Assembly: GCA_022844165.1 (NCBI GenBank)
Contig: JALHMH010000002.1
Location: forward strand, 64,001-128,000
Origin: Lysobacterales bacterium
GTDB taxonomy: Bacteria; Pseudomonadota; Gammaproteobacteria; Xanthomonadales; SZUA-5
Length of the DNA: 64,000 bases
Direction: 5' to 3'
The translations under genes were made by a program, and so were the position numbers. Shown piece by piece: positions 1-8,736 of this stretch. The first letter of the stretch is position 1. Every line of letters begins with the position of its first letter. The notes beneath the pieces were generated by a model that did not search any database, had not been told where the DNA came from, and worked only from the letters and a program-made list of their open reading frames with translations.

Positions 1-309
1 GATCTGCTGGGCGATGGTGGCGAGTCGCTCCTGGTCCCACTCGACGCGCTTGGGCAGGTCCGCGGTGACCTTGACGGTGCCGTCCTCGAAGGTCACGGCG
101 CCGGTGTCCTTGCCAGCCTTGAGGCGCAACAGCTGGGCGCGATCGGCGTACTTCAGTTCCAGCGCGCGGTCCAGATGTTCGACAACGTTTTTGGCCGCCG
201 TCAGTGCGCGCACTGCCTCGTGCTTGAGGACGAACAGCTCCTCGGCGCTCTTGCGGGACAGGTGGCCGGCCGGGCGAGTGGCGGCAATGTGCAGAGGCGT
301 CGTGCTCAT
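1..309 (-). CDS. Phage/integrative-element hypothetical protein (3' end runs off the window)
   Basis: Hand translation MSTTPLHIAATRPAGHL...KDTGAVTFEDGTVKVTADLPKRVEWDQERLA; ATG overlaps the stop of the upstream HTH gene (ATGA). Not in the ORF track. Confidence 0.75.
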   Translation of the reverse strand, partial: MSTTPLHIAATRPAGHLSRKSAEELFVLKHEAVRALTAAKNVVEHLDRALELKYADRAQLLRLKAGKDTGAVTFEDGTVKVTADLPKRVEWDQERLATIAQQI

Positions 310-530
310 GCCGCACCTCCGACCAGGACCGACTCGCTGGTGCTGCGGCGCAGGCAACGGCGCTCGTAGGCCTCGACGTCGGTGATGCGGTAGACCACGC
401 GTCCGGGCAGCTTGACGTAGACCGGGCCGATACCGATCGAGCGCCAGCGCTCCAGCGTGGTCTCGGCGATGGTCCAGCGCTCGGACAGCTCGCGCTGGCT
501 CAGGTGTTTGAGGGTGGGTTCGAGGCTCAC
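306..530 (-). CDS. AlpA/excisionase-like helix-turn-helix protein
   Basis: GTG start after AGGAG; KHLSQRELSERWTIAETTLERWRSIGIGPVYVKLPGRVVYRITDVEAYE is a typical Xis/AlpA HTH. Confidence 0.85.
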   Translation of the reverse strand: MSLEPTLKHLSQRELSERWTIAETTLERWRSIGIGPVYVKLPGRVVYRITDVEAYERRCLRRSTSESVLVGGAA

Positions 531-584
531 GTTCACTCCTTCGGGTTGGTGAGTACGGTGAGCGACAGATTGACGACCACGGGG

Positions 585-620
585 CGGGCAAAGCCCCGGC
601 CAAACCCCCGGGCAAATCAC
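585..620. repeat. Three 12-bp-period direct repeats upstream of the excisionase-like gene
   Basis: cgggcaaagccc / cggccaaacccc / cgggcaaatcac. Confidence 0.65.
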
Positions 621-780
621 GCAAATCGTGGTTGGCTGCATCAGCCGGCAATTGCCCGCGATCACCCGCAATTGCGGGGCTGTCAGGCAGGCGGTGGCTG
701 GCCAGACTGGTGCCCTGGTGATCAGTTGGAGATTGAGAGTGCTAGGCCGGACCGACTTGCAGCAAACCCCACCCGAACGC

Positions 781-933
781 ATGAGCAGCCACGAGCAGCT
801 GGTCGCGGCGGCCGCATTGATCGCCACCGGCCTGGTGCGCCTGCGTGCATCCGGAGAGCGCGAATTTGGACTTGAACTGCCTGCCAACCAGCGCGTGTAT
901 GCGAACTCCAACTCACGCCAGGAGACGCCATGA
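781..933 (+). CDS. Small hypothetical protein preceding DUF2924
   Basis: MSSHEQLVAAAALIATGLVRLRA...; stop overlaps the DUF2924 start (ATGA). Confidence 0.55.
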   Translation: MSSHEQLVAAAALIATGLVRLRASGEREFGLELPANQRVYANSNSRQETP

Positions 934-1400
934 CCGCCACCCAACCCCTCGGCACTTCAGTGCTCGCTGAGATCGCGCGCCTGGCCGATCTGCCGTGGGT
1001 TGACCTCAAAGGACTGTGGGTGCGCCTCTTTGGGCGCGAGCCCGCCAGCTCACACCGGCGCTATGTGGAGCGGCGCATCGCGCATCGTCTGCAGGAACGC
1101 GCACTGTCCGAAGACCCCGCCGGCAAGTCGCTGCTGAAGCGCAACCGCGAGCGCATCGACGTGCTGATCAAGGCCCACAGCCACGGCGCGGCCGAGGTCT
1201 TGACGCGCCCGGGGACGGAGTTGATCCGCGTCTACCGGGGAATCGAACACGTGGTCCGCGTGCTCGAGCAGGGCGTCGAGTGGAATGGCCAGCACTACAC
1301 CAGCCTCACTGCCGTGGCGCATGCGATCACCGGGATGCGCTGGTCGGGGCCGGTGTTCTTCGGGCTGAAGACCAACTCCCGCAAGCGAGTAGGCGCATGA
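930..1400 (+). CDS. DUF2924 family protein
   Basis: PGTELIRVYRGIEHVV...YTSLTAVAHAITGMRWSGPVFFGL signature; coupled to the recombinase. Confidence 0.9.
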   Translation: MTATQPLGTSVLAEIARLADLPWVDLKGLWVRLFGREPASSHRRYVERRIAHRLQERALSEDPAGKSLLKRNRERIDVLIKAHSHGAAEVLTRPGTELIRVYRGIEHVVRVLEQGVEWNGQHYTSLTAVAHAITGMRWSGPVFFGLKTNSRKRVGA

Positions 1401-2746
1401 GCTGGGTCGATTCGACGCCACGACGAACGCGCTGCGCGGTCTACACGCGCAAGTCCACCGAGGAGGGACTGGAGCAGCCGTTCAACTCGATCGACGCGCA
1501 GAAGGAGTCGGGCCACGCCTATATCGTCAGCCGTCGCTCGGAAGGCTGGATCCCGATCGCGGACGATTATGATGATCCGGCGTACTCGGGCGGCAGCATG
1601 GAGCGTCCGGCGCTGCAGCGATTGTTCTCCGACATCGAGTCGGGCAAGGTTGATGTGGTGGTCGTCTACAAGCTCGATCGATTGTCGCGCAGCTTGGCCG
1701 ACTTCTGCCGGATGATCGAGATCTTCGATCGCCACAGCGTCAGCTTTGTGTCGGTCACGCAGAGCTTCAACACCGGCGATTCGATGGGGCGGCTGATGTT
1801 GAACGTCCTGCTGTCGTTCGCGCAGTTCGAGCGCGAGGTGACCTCCGAGCGCATCCGCGACAAGTTCGTGGCCAGCAAGAAGCGCGGCTACTGGATGCAC
1901 GGCATTCCGCCATTGGGCTATGACGTTGTCGAGCGCCGACTGGTCGTGAATCCTGGTGAGGCGCGTTCGGTTCGCCGCATCTTCGAAGGTTTCGTCGAGA
2001 CCGGTTCAGCCACCAAAGTCGTGGCCGAGTTGCGCGCCGAGGGCATCACGACGAAGGCGTGGACGACCAAGGCGGGGCGCCAGCGCAGCGGCCGATCCAT
2101 ACACAAGGTCGCGCTTACCGCCATGCTGAAGAACCGCGTCTACCTGGGTGAGCTCAAGAGTCGCGGAAGCTGGGTGCTGGGCACGCACGAGCCGATCATC
2201 GATCAGGCGCTTTGGGATCGCGCGCAAGCGGTGTTTACGGTCAACCCACGGCGACGCGCCAACCTGACACGCTCGCGAACGTCCTATCCGCTGAAGGGCA
2301 TCATCGTCGACGAGGACGGGCGGGCGATGGTCGGTTGGCACACGACCAAGCCGAACGGAAAGCGCTACTGCTATTACCTCAGCCAAACCGAGATCAAGGT
2401 CGGGTCCGGCATTGCGCCGCTGCCGAGGATTCCGGCGGCCGAGATCGAAGGTCTGGTGCTCGACCAACTGCGCGAGATGCTGCGCGCGCCGGAACTGATC
2501 GAACGCATCTGCGCACAGGCAAGCAGCCTGGAATCAGGCCTCGACGAGGCGCAGACCGTCGTAGCGTTGACGCAGATCGATCGCATCTGGGCGAGCTTGT
2601 TCCCCGCGGAACAAGCGCGCCTGATGCGCCTGTTGGTTGAGCGCGTCATCGTCGGCCCCGGGTCGGTCGAAGTCCGCATGCGACCCAGCGGGTTCGCGCA
2701 TCTGGTCCGCGAGTTCAACAGCCAGCAGCAGGAACTCAGCACATGA
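1397..2746 (+). CDS. Large serine recombinase (resolvase + recombinase domains)
   Basis: CAVYTRKS, VYKLDRLSRS, LLSFAQFERE motifs; real start ATG 1397 overlaps the DUF2924 stop. Confidence 0.95.
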   Translation: MSWVDSTPRRTRCAVYTRKSTEEGLEQPFNSIDAQKESGHAYIVSRRSEGWIPIADDYDDPAYSGGSMERPALQRLFSDIESGKVDVVVVYKLDRLSRSLADFCRMIEIFDRHSVSFVSVTQSFNTGDSMGRLMLNVLLSFAQFEREVTSERIRDKFVASKKRGYWMHGIPPLGYDVVERRLVVNPGEARSVRRIFEGFVETGSATKVVAELRAEGITTKAWTTKAGRQRSGRSIHKVALTAMLKNRVYLGELKSRGSWVLGTHEPIIDQALWDRAQAVFTVNPRRRANLTRSRTSYPLKGIIVDEDGRAMVGWHTTKPNGKRYCYYLSQTEIKVGSGIAPLPRIPAAEIEGLVLDQLREMLRAPELIERICAQASSLESGLDEAQTVVALTQIDRIWASLFPAEQARLMRLLVERVIVGPGSVEVRMRPSGFAHLVREFNSQQQELST

Positions 2747-3153
2747 GCCACCAGCGCATCCAGGTGCTCGGGCCAGCCCAACGGGTCATCAGCAGCGACG
2801 GTCGCCTGACGGTGACCGTTCCGATCAAGATGCGCCTCGGCGGCATCCGCCAGGTGAAACCACCGGACGGCCCGCCCCAGCTCCTCACCAGCCTTCAGAA
2901 CTCGTTGATCCAGGCGCATCGGTGGCAACGCATGCTCGATCGCGGTGAGGTCACCCAGATCGGCGAACTGGCGCGACAGGAAAAGCAGGACCATGCCTAT
3001 GTGTCGCGCCTGCTCAACCTGACGACGCTATCGCCTTGGATCGTCGAGGCGATTCTGGATGATCGGGTGGATGACGGCATCGGCGTGAAGGACCTCGCGA
3101 TCAACCCGCCGATGCTGTGGTCAGACCAGTGCTTGCCTCAGGCCGGGCGCTGA
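2743..3153 (+). CDS. Recombinase-associated hypothetical (HTH-like) protein
   Basis: AHRWQRMLDRG...ELARQEKQDHAYVSRLLNLTTLSPWIVEAIL; ATGA-coupled to the recombinase. Confidence 0.8.
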   Translation: MSHQRIQVLGPAQRVISSDGRLTVTVPIKMRLGGIRQVKPPDGPPQLLTSLQNSLIQAHRWQRMLDRGEVTQIGELARQEKQDHAYVSRLLNLTTLSPWIVEAILDDRVDDGIGVKDLAINPPMLWSDQCLPQAGR

Positions 3154-4046
3154 CCACTGCGCTCGAACCGCATGGAGGTGCTCTCGAGCAGATCATCCTC
3201 AGGATCTTCGGGTTCGGTGAGCGTTGGGTCGAGTTTCGGCAACACGAGCAGCAGCATCGTGCTGTCGTGATCGTGCGACACCAGGGTGTGCTCGGTGAGC
3301 CGGGTGCCGTCGGGTTCGTTCGGAAACCATGCGCTGGCATCAAGACAGGCGCTGGCGCCGATGCCATCGCAACGGGAGTGGTGGGCCAACGAGGCGGCGG
3401 GCACTTCGACAACTTGCCGCTTCGATCGCAGAAACGCTCCCGAACGAAATGCGCGCTTGCTGGCCCAGGACTCGGTGACCGCGCCGTCGCGCGCGAATGC
3501 GACGACGACGCGCTGATCGCTGACTTCCGCACATTGGCGCGCTGCTGCCGTCAACGAAACGCCGTATCGATCGGCACAGTGCTTGACCAGTTCGAAGTCG
3601 AATCGCTGTCCATCGACCTGTCGCCTGAGGTCATCGAGCGGCATCAGCAGGGTGGACGCGAAGGCGTCGGCTTCGCGCTCGATGTCGATCTCCGTCTGGC
3701 CGGAGACGTCCGACTCGCTGCACTCGAACGACGTCCGCAGATCACGATGTAGCGCGTAGTGACCGAACTCGTGCGCGATCGTGAAGCGCGCCCGCGATGG
3801 CCGGCGGTCGGCGTTGAATTTGATGCGCCAGTACTTGCCACGTGGGTGTTGCTGCAGCGCGCCTTCGAAGCCGCCGAGACCCTTGTGCCCATCGATCTTG
3901 GTGATCGGTGATGCCGGGCACCACTGCTGGGACAACTCGCGCGCGACCGCCTCGACATCCACCGGGAAGCGGTCGCGACCGAGCACTTGGGTCAGCACCA
4001 GGCTGACGGCATTGGCCGCTGCGCGCGGCGATTTGGGCAAGCTCAC
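3138..4046 (-). CDS. ImmA/IrrE family metallopeptidase (CapP-like)
   Basis: RFTIAHEFGH (HExxH), EREADAFASTLLMP, ADRYGVSLTAA. Confidence 0.92.
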   Translation of the reverse strand: MSLPKSPRAAANAVSLVLTQVLGRDRFPVDVEAVARELSQQWCPASPITKIDGHKGLGGFEGALQQHPRGKYWRIKFNADRRPSRARFTIAHEFGHYALHRDLRTSFECSESDVSGQTEIDIEREADAFASTLLMPLDDLRRQVDGQRFDFELVKHCADRYGVSLTAAARQCAEVSDQRVVVAFARDGAVTESWASKRAFRSGAFLRSKRQVVEVPAASLAHHSRCDGIGASACLDASAWFPNEPDGTRLTEHTLVSHDHDSTMLLLVLPKLDPTLTEPEDPEDDLLESTSMRFERSGQRPA

Positions 4047-4363
4047 GCGTCGTCCCAGGTGTCGAGGATCTTGCGGATCCGCTTTTTGTCGTCCGGGTCG
4101 AGTTGTTGGTACTTGCGGAAGAACGCCTGGTCGGTCACGTCCTCGGTGGGATCGGTGCCGGCGGGGCCGAGTAGGTGCTCGGTGGTGACGTTAAGCGCGC
4201 CGGCGATGCGCATGAGCAAGTCCGCGCCGGGGTTCGGCTCGTCGCGGTTTTCCAGTTCCCACATGTAGCTTTTGGAACTGCTGACCTTTTCGGCGAGGTC
4301 TTCCAGGCTGAGCTTCAGCGCCTTGCGGGCGGCGCGGATCTTGTCGCCAAGGGCAGAGGGCAT
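4043..4363 (-). CDS. XRE family HTH repressor (CapH/ImmR-like)
   Basis: MPSALGDKIRAARKALKLSLEDLAEKVSSSKSYMWELEN; GTGA overlap with the peptidase. Confidence 0.9.
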   Translation of the reverse strand: MPSALGDKIRAARKALKLSLEDLAEKVSSSKSYMWELENRDEPNPGADLLMRIAGALNVTTEHLLGPAGTDPTEDVTDQAFFRKYQQLDPDDKKRIRKILDTWDDA

Positions 4364-4396
4364 GGGTGGCACTTTGGGTCGCGGGGGCGCGGATTG

Positions 4397-4481
4397 TATC
4401 GCCATAACGAACGAAAGCAAACCCGGTTGACATGCCACCGTGTGCTTCTGAGAGAATCCACAACCGTTCGCTATGGCGAAC
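4397..4481. promoter_or_regulatory. Two palindromic operators in the divergent XRE / hypothetical promoter region
   Basis: GTTCGC-TATG-GCGAAC at 4466-4481 and an inverted near-copy tatcgccataacgaac at 4397-4412, flanking TTGACA (4427-4432). Confidence 0.65.
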
Positions 4482-4522
4482 TTTCTGTCATCTTCTCCCT
4501 CTCCGCTCGCAAGGACCCGCGC

Positions 4523-5764
4523 ATGGCCGCATTCAATCACCGTCATCTGTTTCGAGCCGTGTCGCCGTCGTTGTGGCGGGTCTATGCGCAGGCTCGGCGG
4601 CTGCCGATCGAGGTCGACGAAGCTGCCGATGACACTGGCTTCTACGCTTCGCTGACCCAAGCGTTCGACGCGTTGCCGGCGGAAGCCTCGGCACCATTGC
4701 TCACCGAATTGCGCCGCGTGCATGCGCTCAGCGATCGCCGCGGCGTCGACGCGCTGCTGAATGCCTCCGAGCACCCCGAGCCGGTGCGCGAGGACTTCGC
4801 CAGCATGCGCAACGACAGCGAACGCGCGCTGTGGGCGCTGCTGACCTGGCCGAACACCTTCGACACCGCCGAAACGCTGCTGATCGTCGATCTCGCCGTC
4901 GGCAAGCGCGGCTGGAAGCGCCAGGACGTGCGCGTCTCAGTGCCGATCTCGCGCCAACCTGAGCACCTTGCGCTGCTGGAATCCGCGGTGCGCGATCTGT
5001 TCGCCAAGCGCGAAGGTGCGCAGCGCGCCTGCAAGATCGAGGTGTGCGAACGCCACGTCGACGCCGGCGTGCAGTTGAACATATACCTCGAAGACGACCC
5101 GAACGACCTCGTGGAGTTTGTCGGCGCCGAACTGCGCCGGCGGCCGACGCGACCGGTCGCCAACTTTGCGCTGGTCTACTACCCCCACCTCGGCGTCGTC
5201 GACACCGTCGGCCGTGGCGGCAAGTGCACGCACGACGCACTGGTCGAGCAGTTCTCCGAGTACCTGCTTGGTCGCCGCGTGAAGCCGGAGTCCCTCAAGA
5301 CTGCGGTGTTCCATCTCGGGCGACTGCGCAACGGCCTCGAGATCCGCGACGGGTCTCTCAACCTCGCCGACGAGGGCATCCAGGTCGTTCGCCTGCGGCA
5401 GGTTCGTTTGCTGAGCATCGTGCCGCCGTTCGGCGAACTGCGCATCCAGGCCAAGCCCTCGCCGCACCTGCCATGCGCCGTCGAGTTCGCGCGTGCGCAT
5501 TTCCGGGAGCACGACCCAATGCGCCGCGGCTTTGCGATCTCCGAAGCGATCATCGTCATCCACTTCGCCCCGTCGGCGCCGGGCAAGGCAGGGCGCGTGC
5601 TCGTTCTGCGACTGAAGCGCGACGGCGTGTCCAACCTGCCAGATCTCGATCCCGCCGACGCCGCACTCGTGACCCGCCCGCTGGCGGCATGGGGTGTCAG
5701 TGATGCTGTGCCGGCGGACGACAACGCTCGCGTCGAAGAAGAAGCCGTCGATGCCGAAGGTTGA
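4523..5764 (+). CDS. Hypothetical protein (413 aa), element-associated
   Basis: ATG after AAGGA; long open frame, divergent from the XRE gene. Confidence 0.8.
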   Translation: MAAFNHRHLFRAVSPSLWRVYAQARRLPIEVDEAADDTGFYASLTQAFDALPAEASAPLLTELRRVHALSDRRGVDALLNASEHPEPVREDFASMRNDSERALWALLTWPNTFDTAETLLIVDLAVGKRGWKRQDVRVSVPISRQPEHLALLESAVRDLFAKREGAQRACKIEVCERHVDAGVQLNIYLEDDPNDLVEFVGAELRRRPTRPVANFALVYYPHLGVVDTVGRGGKCTHDALVEQFSEYLLGRRVKPESLKTAVFHLGRLRNGLEIRDGSLNLADEGIQVVRLRQVRLLSIVPPFGELRIQAKPSPHLPCAVEFARAHFREHDPMRRGFAISEAIIVIHFAPSAPGKAGRVLVLRLKRDGVSNLPDLDPADAALVTRPLAAWGVSDAVPADDNARVEEEAVDAEG

Positions 5765-6677
5765 TCTCGCGTTCCGGCTGCTCTGCGACTGGCTGGCCGC
5801 TGGCGCGCCTGCCTTGCATCCGGCAGTCCTGGCCGACGTCGACACCGTTGCGGGTTATCGGCATCTACTCGATCTCGGCCTCGCCAAGGCAGACGCCAGA
5901 CTGCTGGACGACATCACCTGCCCCTGGTGCAGCATTGGGACGTTGCATCAGGTCTGTCGAGCCCGCGGCGGAGGCAACGCGTACCGAGGGCTGTGCCTCA
6001 GTTGCGGCTGGCAGAACATCCCGGCCGCGCAACTGAGCCCCCTCCGCTTGGATCTGCCAAAAATCGCACGAGCGGCGGCAGCAGCCTTGGGTCTGGCATC
6101 GCGGTTCGAAACGCAGGAGATCGGCCAGGGGAAACTCTGGCGAATCGGCGAACGCGAGATCGCGCGCAAGCGCCACCGAGTCTGGTTCGCGCCGATGGTC
6201 GATCAAGACATCGCCCGCGCGCTCAGCGGTGAGGCGGGAATTCTGGTGTGCGTCGACGCGCCGACGCAGCTGTCGCCATCAATGGCCAGGCTGGCGCTAG
6301 TCCCGTTACGTGCCTGCGCTCACTTGCGCAAGGCCGGACTCGTCATCGAAGACCTCGAAGCCCCCGTCGGGTCAACCGGAACCAGCGAAATCGGGACGTC
6401 TCTTGCCTGCCTGAAGGATCGAGTGGTCCATGTAAACGGCGAGCGCATTGCGGTCTCACCGCAGGTGCGGAGATTCCTGGAAGTGCTAGTTGCCGCCGAC
6501 GCCAAGCCCGTCCACAAGTCGACCCTCGCCGACGCTCTCGAGATCGACGTCGACAAGTTCTCGCCTCATCAGATCTTCAAGAAGCACAAGATAGTGAAGG
6601 ATGCGTTCGTTGAAGGGGACGGCGCGGGAAGATACTGGCTGCGACCGTTGCCCGACGAGGCGCATTTCCATTCGTGA
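5751..6677 (+). CDS. Hypothetical protein with CxxC...CxxC zinc ribbon and putative C-terminal winged helix
   Basis: CPWC...CLSC; C-terminus VSPQVRRFLEVLVAADAKPVHKSTLADAL...GRYWL. Confidence 0.75.
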   Translation: MPKVDLAFRLLCDWLAAGAPALHPAVLADVDTVAGYRHLLDLGLAKADARLLDDITCPWCSIGTLHQVCRARGGGNAYRGLCLSCGWQNIPAAQLSPLRLDLPKIARAAAAALGLASRFETQEIGQGKLWRIGEREIARKRHRVWFAPMVDQDIARALSGEAGILVCVDAPTQLSPSMARLALVPLRACAHLRKAGLVIEDLEAPVGSTGTSEIGTSLACLKDRVVHVNGERIAVSPQVRRFLEVLVAADAKPVHKSTLADALEIDVDKFSPHQIFKKHKIVKDAFVEGDGAGRYWLRPLPDEAHFHS

Positions 6678-6860
6678 CTTCGCTGCGGTAGTCGCGCATG
6701 CCCGCGCCCTGTCCGGGCAGGTACGCTCCCCAGGTCCAATGAGGCCACCGGCCCCGGACGAGCGTCCGTATGCCAAGTGTCAACGCGAAGTGATACGATC
6801 TGGGTGTCCAGTCGACGTTGCCGAATCGTGGTTAGAACCAACCTGACATTGCTATCACGC

Positions 6861-7226
6861 ATGCGCCGGTTGAGGGTTCTCATGCTCGTTTTTGCGCTTT
6901 TTTTCGTCGCGAAGAGCGGGATTGCCTGCGGATGTCTGCCAATCGAAGCTGTCCAGGACGGCGATCTTGCTGTCGCAGTGGTCGCAAAATTCGCGGCCGC
7001 TGTCGCGGTGAGCGATGTGTTGGACTCGGACCCCATCCCCGAGGATGTGACGACGAAAGGTTGCTGTAAGCACTGTTGCTGCCAACAGCCTTCGCTTCCA
7101 CCATCCATGGTTCACCTCGTGAGCTTCGCGGTACTCCCCGCGGCTCACCTTCAGCTTCCGGCGCCGGATTCATCGAATTGGGCAACGAGCCCGTTCCGAC
7201 CTCCAATCACCACGCGGCTTGCGTGA
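6861..7226 (+). CDS. DUF2946/CzcI/CopL-like small Cys-rich leader protein ending in RPP
   Basis: Hydrophobic N-terminus, GCCKHCCC, C-terminal PFRPPI. Confidence 0.65.
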   Translation: MRRLRVLMLVFALFFVAKSGIACGCLPIEAVQDGDLAVAVVAKFAAAVAVSDVLDSDPIPEDVTTKGCCKHCCCQQPSLPPSMVHLVSFAVLPAAHLQLPAPDSSNWATSPFRPPITTRLA

Positions 7227-7280
7227 ATTCGGGTGCGCCGCGCAAGACGCGGTGCTCGGAAGTGAATTTGAGGTTGCCGC

Positions 7281-8222
7281 ATGAATCCGTTGTCCGCTCT
7301 GCACGCTTGGCGCGTGTTATGTCCCGTGATTGCAGCCGTGCTGCTCGTTACCCAGTCTGCCTGCGCTGAGCCGCTTGCATATGCGATCAATTCCGACAGT
7401 TTTTCAGAGTCGCAGCACGATCATCTCCTTCGCGTTGACCTGACGACGGGTGAATTTGAGGACATGGGATCGCTTCGTTTGGGCAGCGCGGCCGCGCCGT
7501 TTCTGGATGTGGAAGGACTCGCGCTTGATCCAGAAGGCCAGCTATGGGCGGTAGACGACGGCACCAAGACATTCTTCCGGATCGACATTGCTACGCTCCG
7601 CGCGGCGATTCCTGGAAGCCAGATCGGCAACCTCGGGCTACCGACGGGAATCACCGCCGGGCTGGATCTTGGGTTGACATTCGCATGTGACGGCACGGCG
7701 TTCATGTCCGGCGAAGTCAGCAAGACGCTCTATCGCATCGACCCGAGCAGTGGACGGGCTACGCCGATCGGTGCCCTTGGCGCGTTGGGCTACAAGATCA
7801 CTGATCTTGCTGTGTACGGCGATCTGATGGTCGGCTTGGGTTCTGAAGGCGACGAGGGCATTTACTCGATTGATCTTGTCAGCGGAACTGCACTACCGAT
7901 CGGAAACTTTTCCGACACGGCGCGATTCAACGACGGGGGCATCGGATTCGATGCTGACGGTCGACTGTGGGCTGTTGTTGAGGAAGGTGGCGCAGTCCCC
8001 AGCCGCGTCTACCGTATCGATTTGGCCACAGGGCGGGAGAACCTGATCAGCCCGACCACGCCCGGTATAGAAAGCCTCGCACTCACCCCGCCGCAATGTC
8101 CCGCAGCAGCAGAGCCATTGCCGCAGGAAGTCTCGGCCCTGGGATCGAAATCCGTCGGCATGCTGATCCTTGGATTTGCATTCCTCGGCATTGTCGCGCT
8201 GACCCGAAGACTGTCGGCGTGA
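7281..8222 (+). CDS. Secreted beta-propeller-like protein with IPTL-CTERM-like membrane anchor
   Basis: Signal peptide, repeated LYRIDxxTG / GLA.D.G.LWAV blades, tail EVSALGSKSVGMLILGFAFLGIVALTRR. Confidence 0.7.
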   Translation: MNPLSALHAWRVLCPVIAAVLLVTQSACAEPLAYAINSDSFSESQHDHLLRVDLTTGEFEDMGSLRLGSAAAPFLDVEGLALDPEGQLWAVDDGTKTFFRIDIATLRAAIPGSQIGNLGLPTGITAGLDLGLTFACDGTAFMSGEVSKTLYRIDPSSGRATPIGALGALGYKITDLAVYGDLMVGLGSEGDEGIYSIDLVSGTALPIGNFSDTARFNDGGIGFDADGRLWAVVEEGGAVPSRVYRIDLATGRENLISPTTPGIESLALTPPQCPAAAEPLPQEVSALGSKSVGMLILGFAFLGIVALTRRLSA

Positions 8223-8301
8223 GGCTCTCAACCTGTACGGATGCAATCCATTCGCATCAATGTAATTGTGTACGGGGACCAAGGTCGACTAACCTGCGCG
8301 A

Positions 8302-8673
8302 ATGCTGACGCCACGCTCCCGTTCAGGACTTGCGCGATTTCGGGCCATGCGCTGGCCCGCGCTGGTCATGTTGTTGCTGATCCTGGTGCAGAGCATCGGC
8401 GTGGCTGCGTGCGTGGACCACGATCTGCGCGCGGATTCGGGCTCGACGACCATCGTCGTCGATGCATTGGACAATGACAACTCGGGCGCCGGCCAGCAAG
8501 TTCTGCACACCAGTGCCTGCAGTCATTGCGTGTGCCCACATTTTGCCGCACTGCCCGCCGTACACCTGCCAGCCCTGGCGGATTTGTCCGCTCACGACGC
8601 CATCGCCAGCCTCTCGTGGCTGCACACCAGCGCGCTCCTCGAAGAAGCTCTGCGACCCCCTGCTGCCGTCTGA
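8302..8673 (+). CDS. DUF2946/CzcI-like leader protein ending in RPP, heading czcCBA
   Basis: Hydrophobic segment, HTSACSHCVCPH, C-terminal ALRPPAAV. Confidence 0.75.
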   Translation: MLTPRSRSGLARFRAMRWPALVMLLLILVQSIGVAACVDHDLRADSGSTTIVVDALDNDNSGAGQQVLHTSACSHCVCPHFAALPAVHLPALADLSAHDAIASLSWLHTSALLEEALRPPAAV

Positions 8674-8736
8674 CATGACATCCGCCTGATCGGCGCGCGT
8701 TCGCGCGCCTGACGTTGCGAATCATGAAGGACGACC

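Larger units (their letters stand above)
1..6677. mobile_element. Terminal part of a serine-recombinase integrative/prophage-like element
   Basis: Xis-like HTH, DUF2924, large serine recombinase and XRE/ImmA switch; att sites not identified. Confidence 0.7.

Noticed and set aside
1016-1396. N-terminal extension of the recombinase in the ORF track (similarly 306-944, 4043-4774, 4175-4522, 21622-21897)
   Set aside because: Overlaps real genes or promoters; downstream starts have an RBS or coupling
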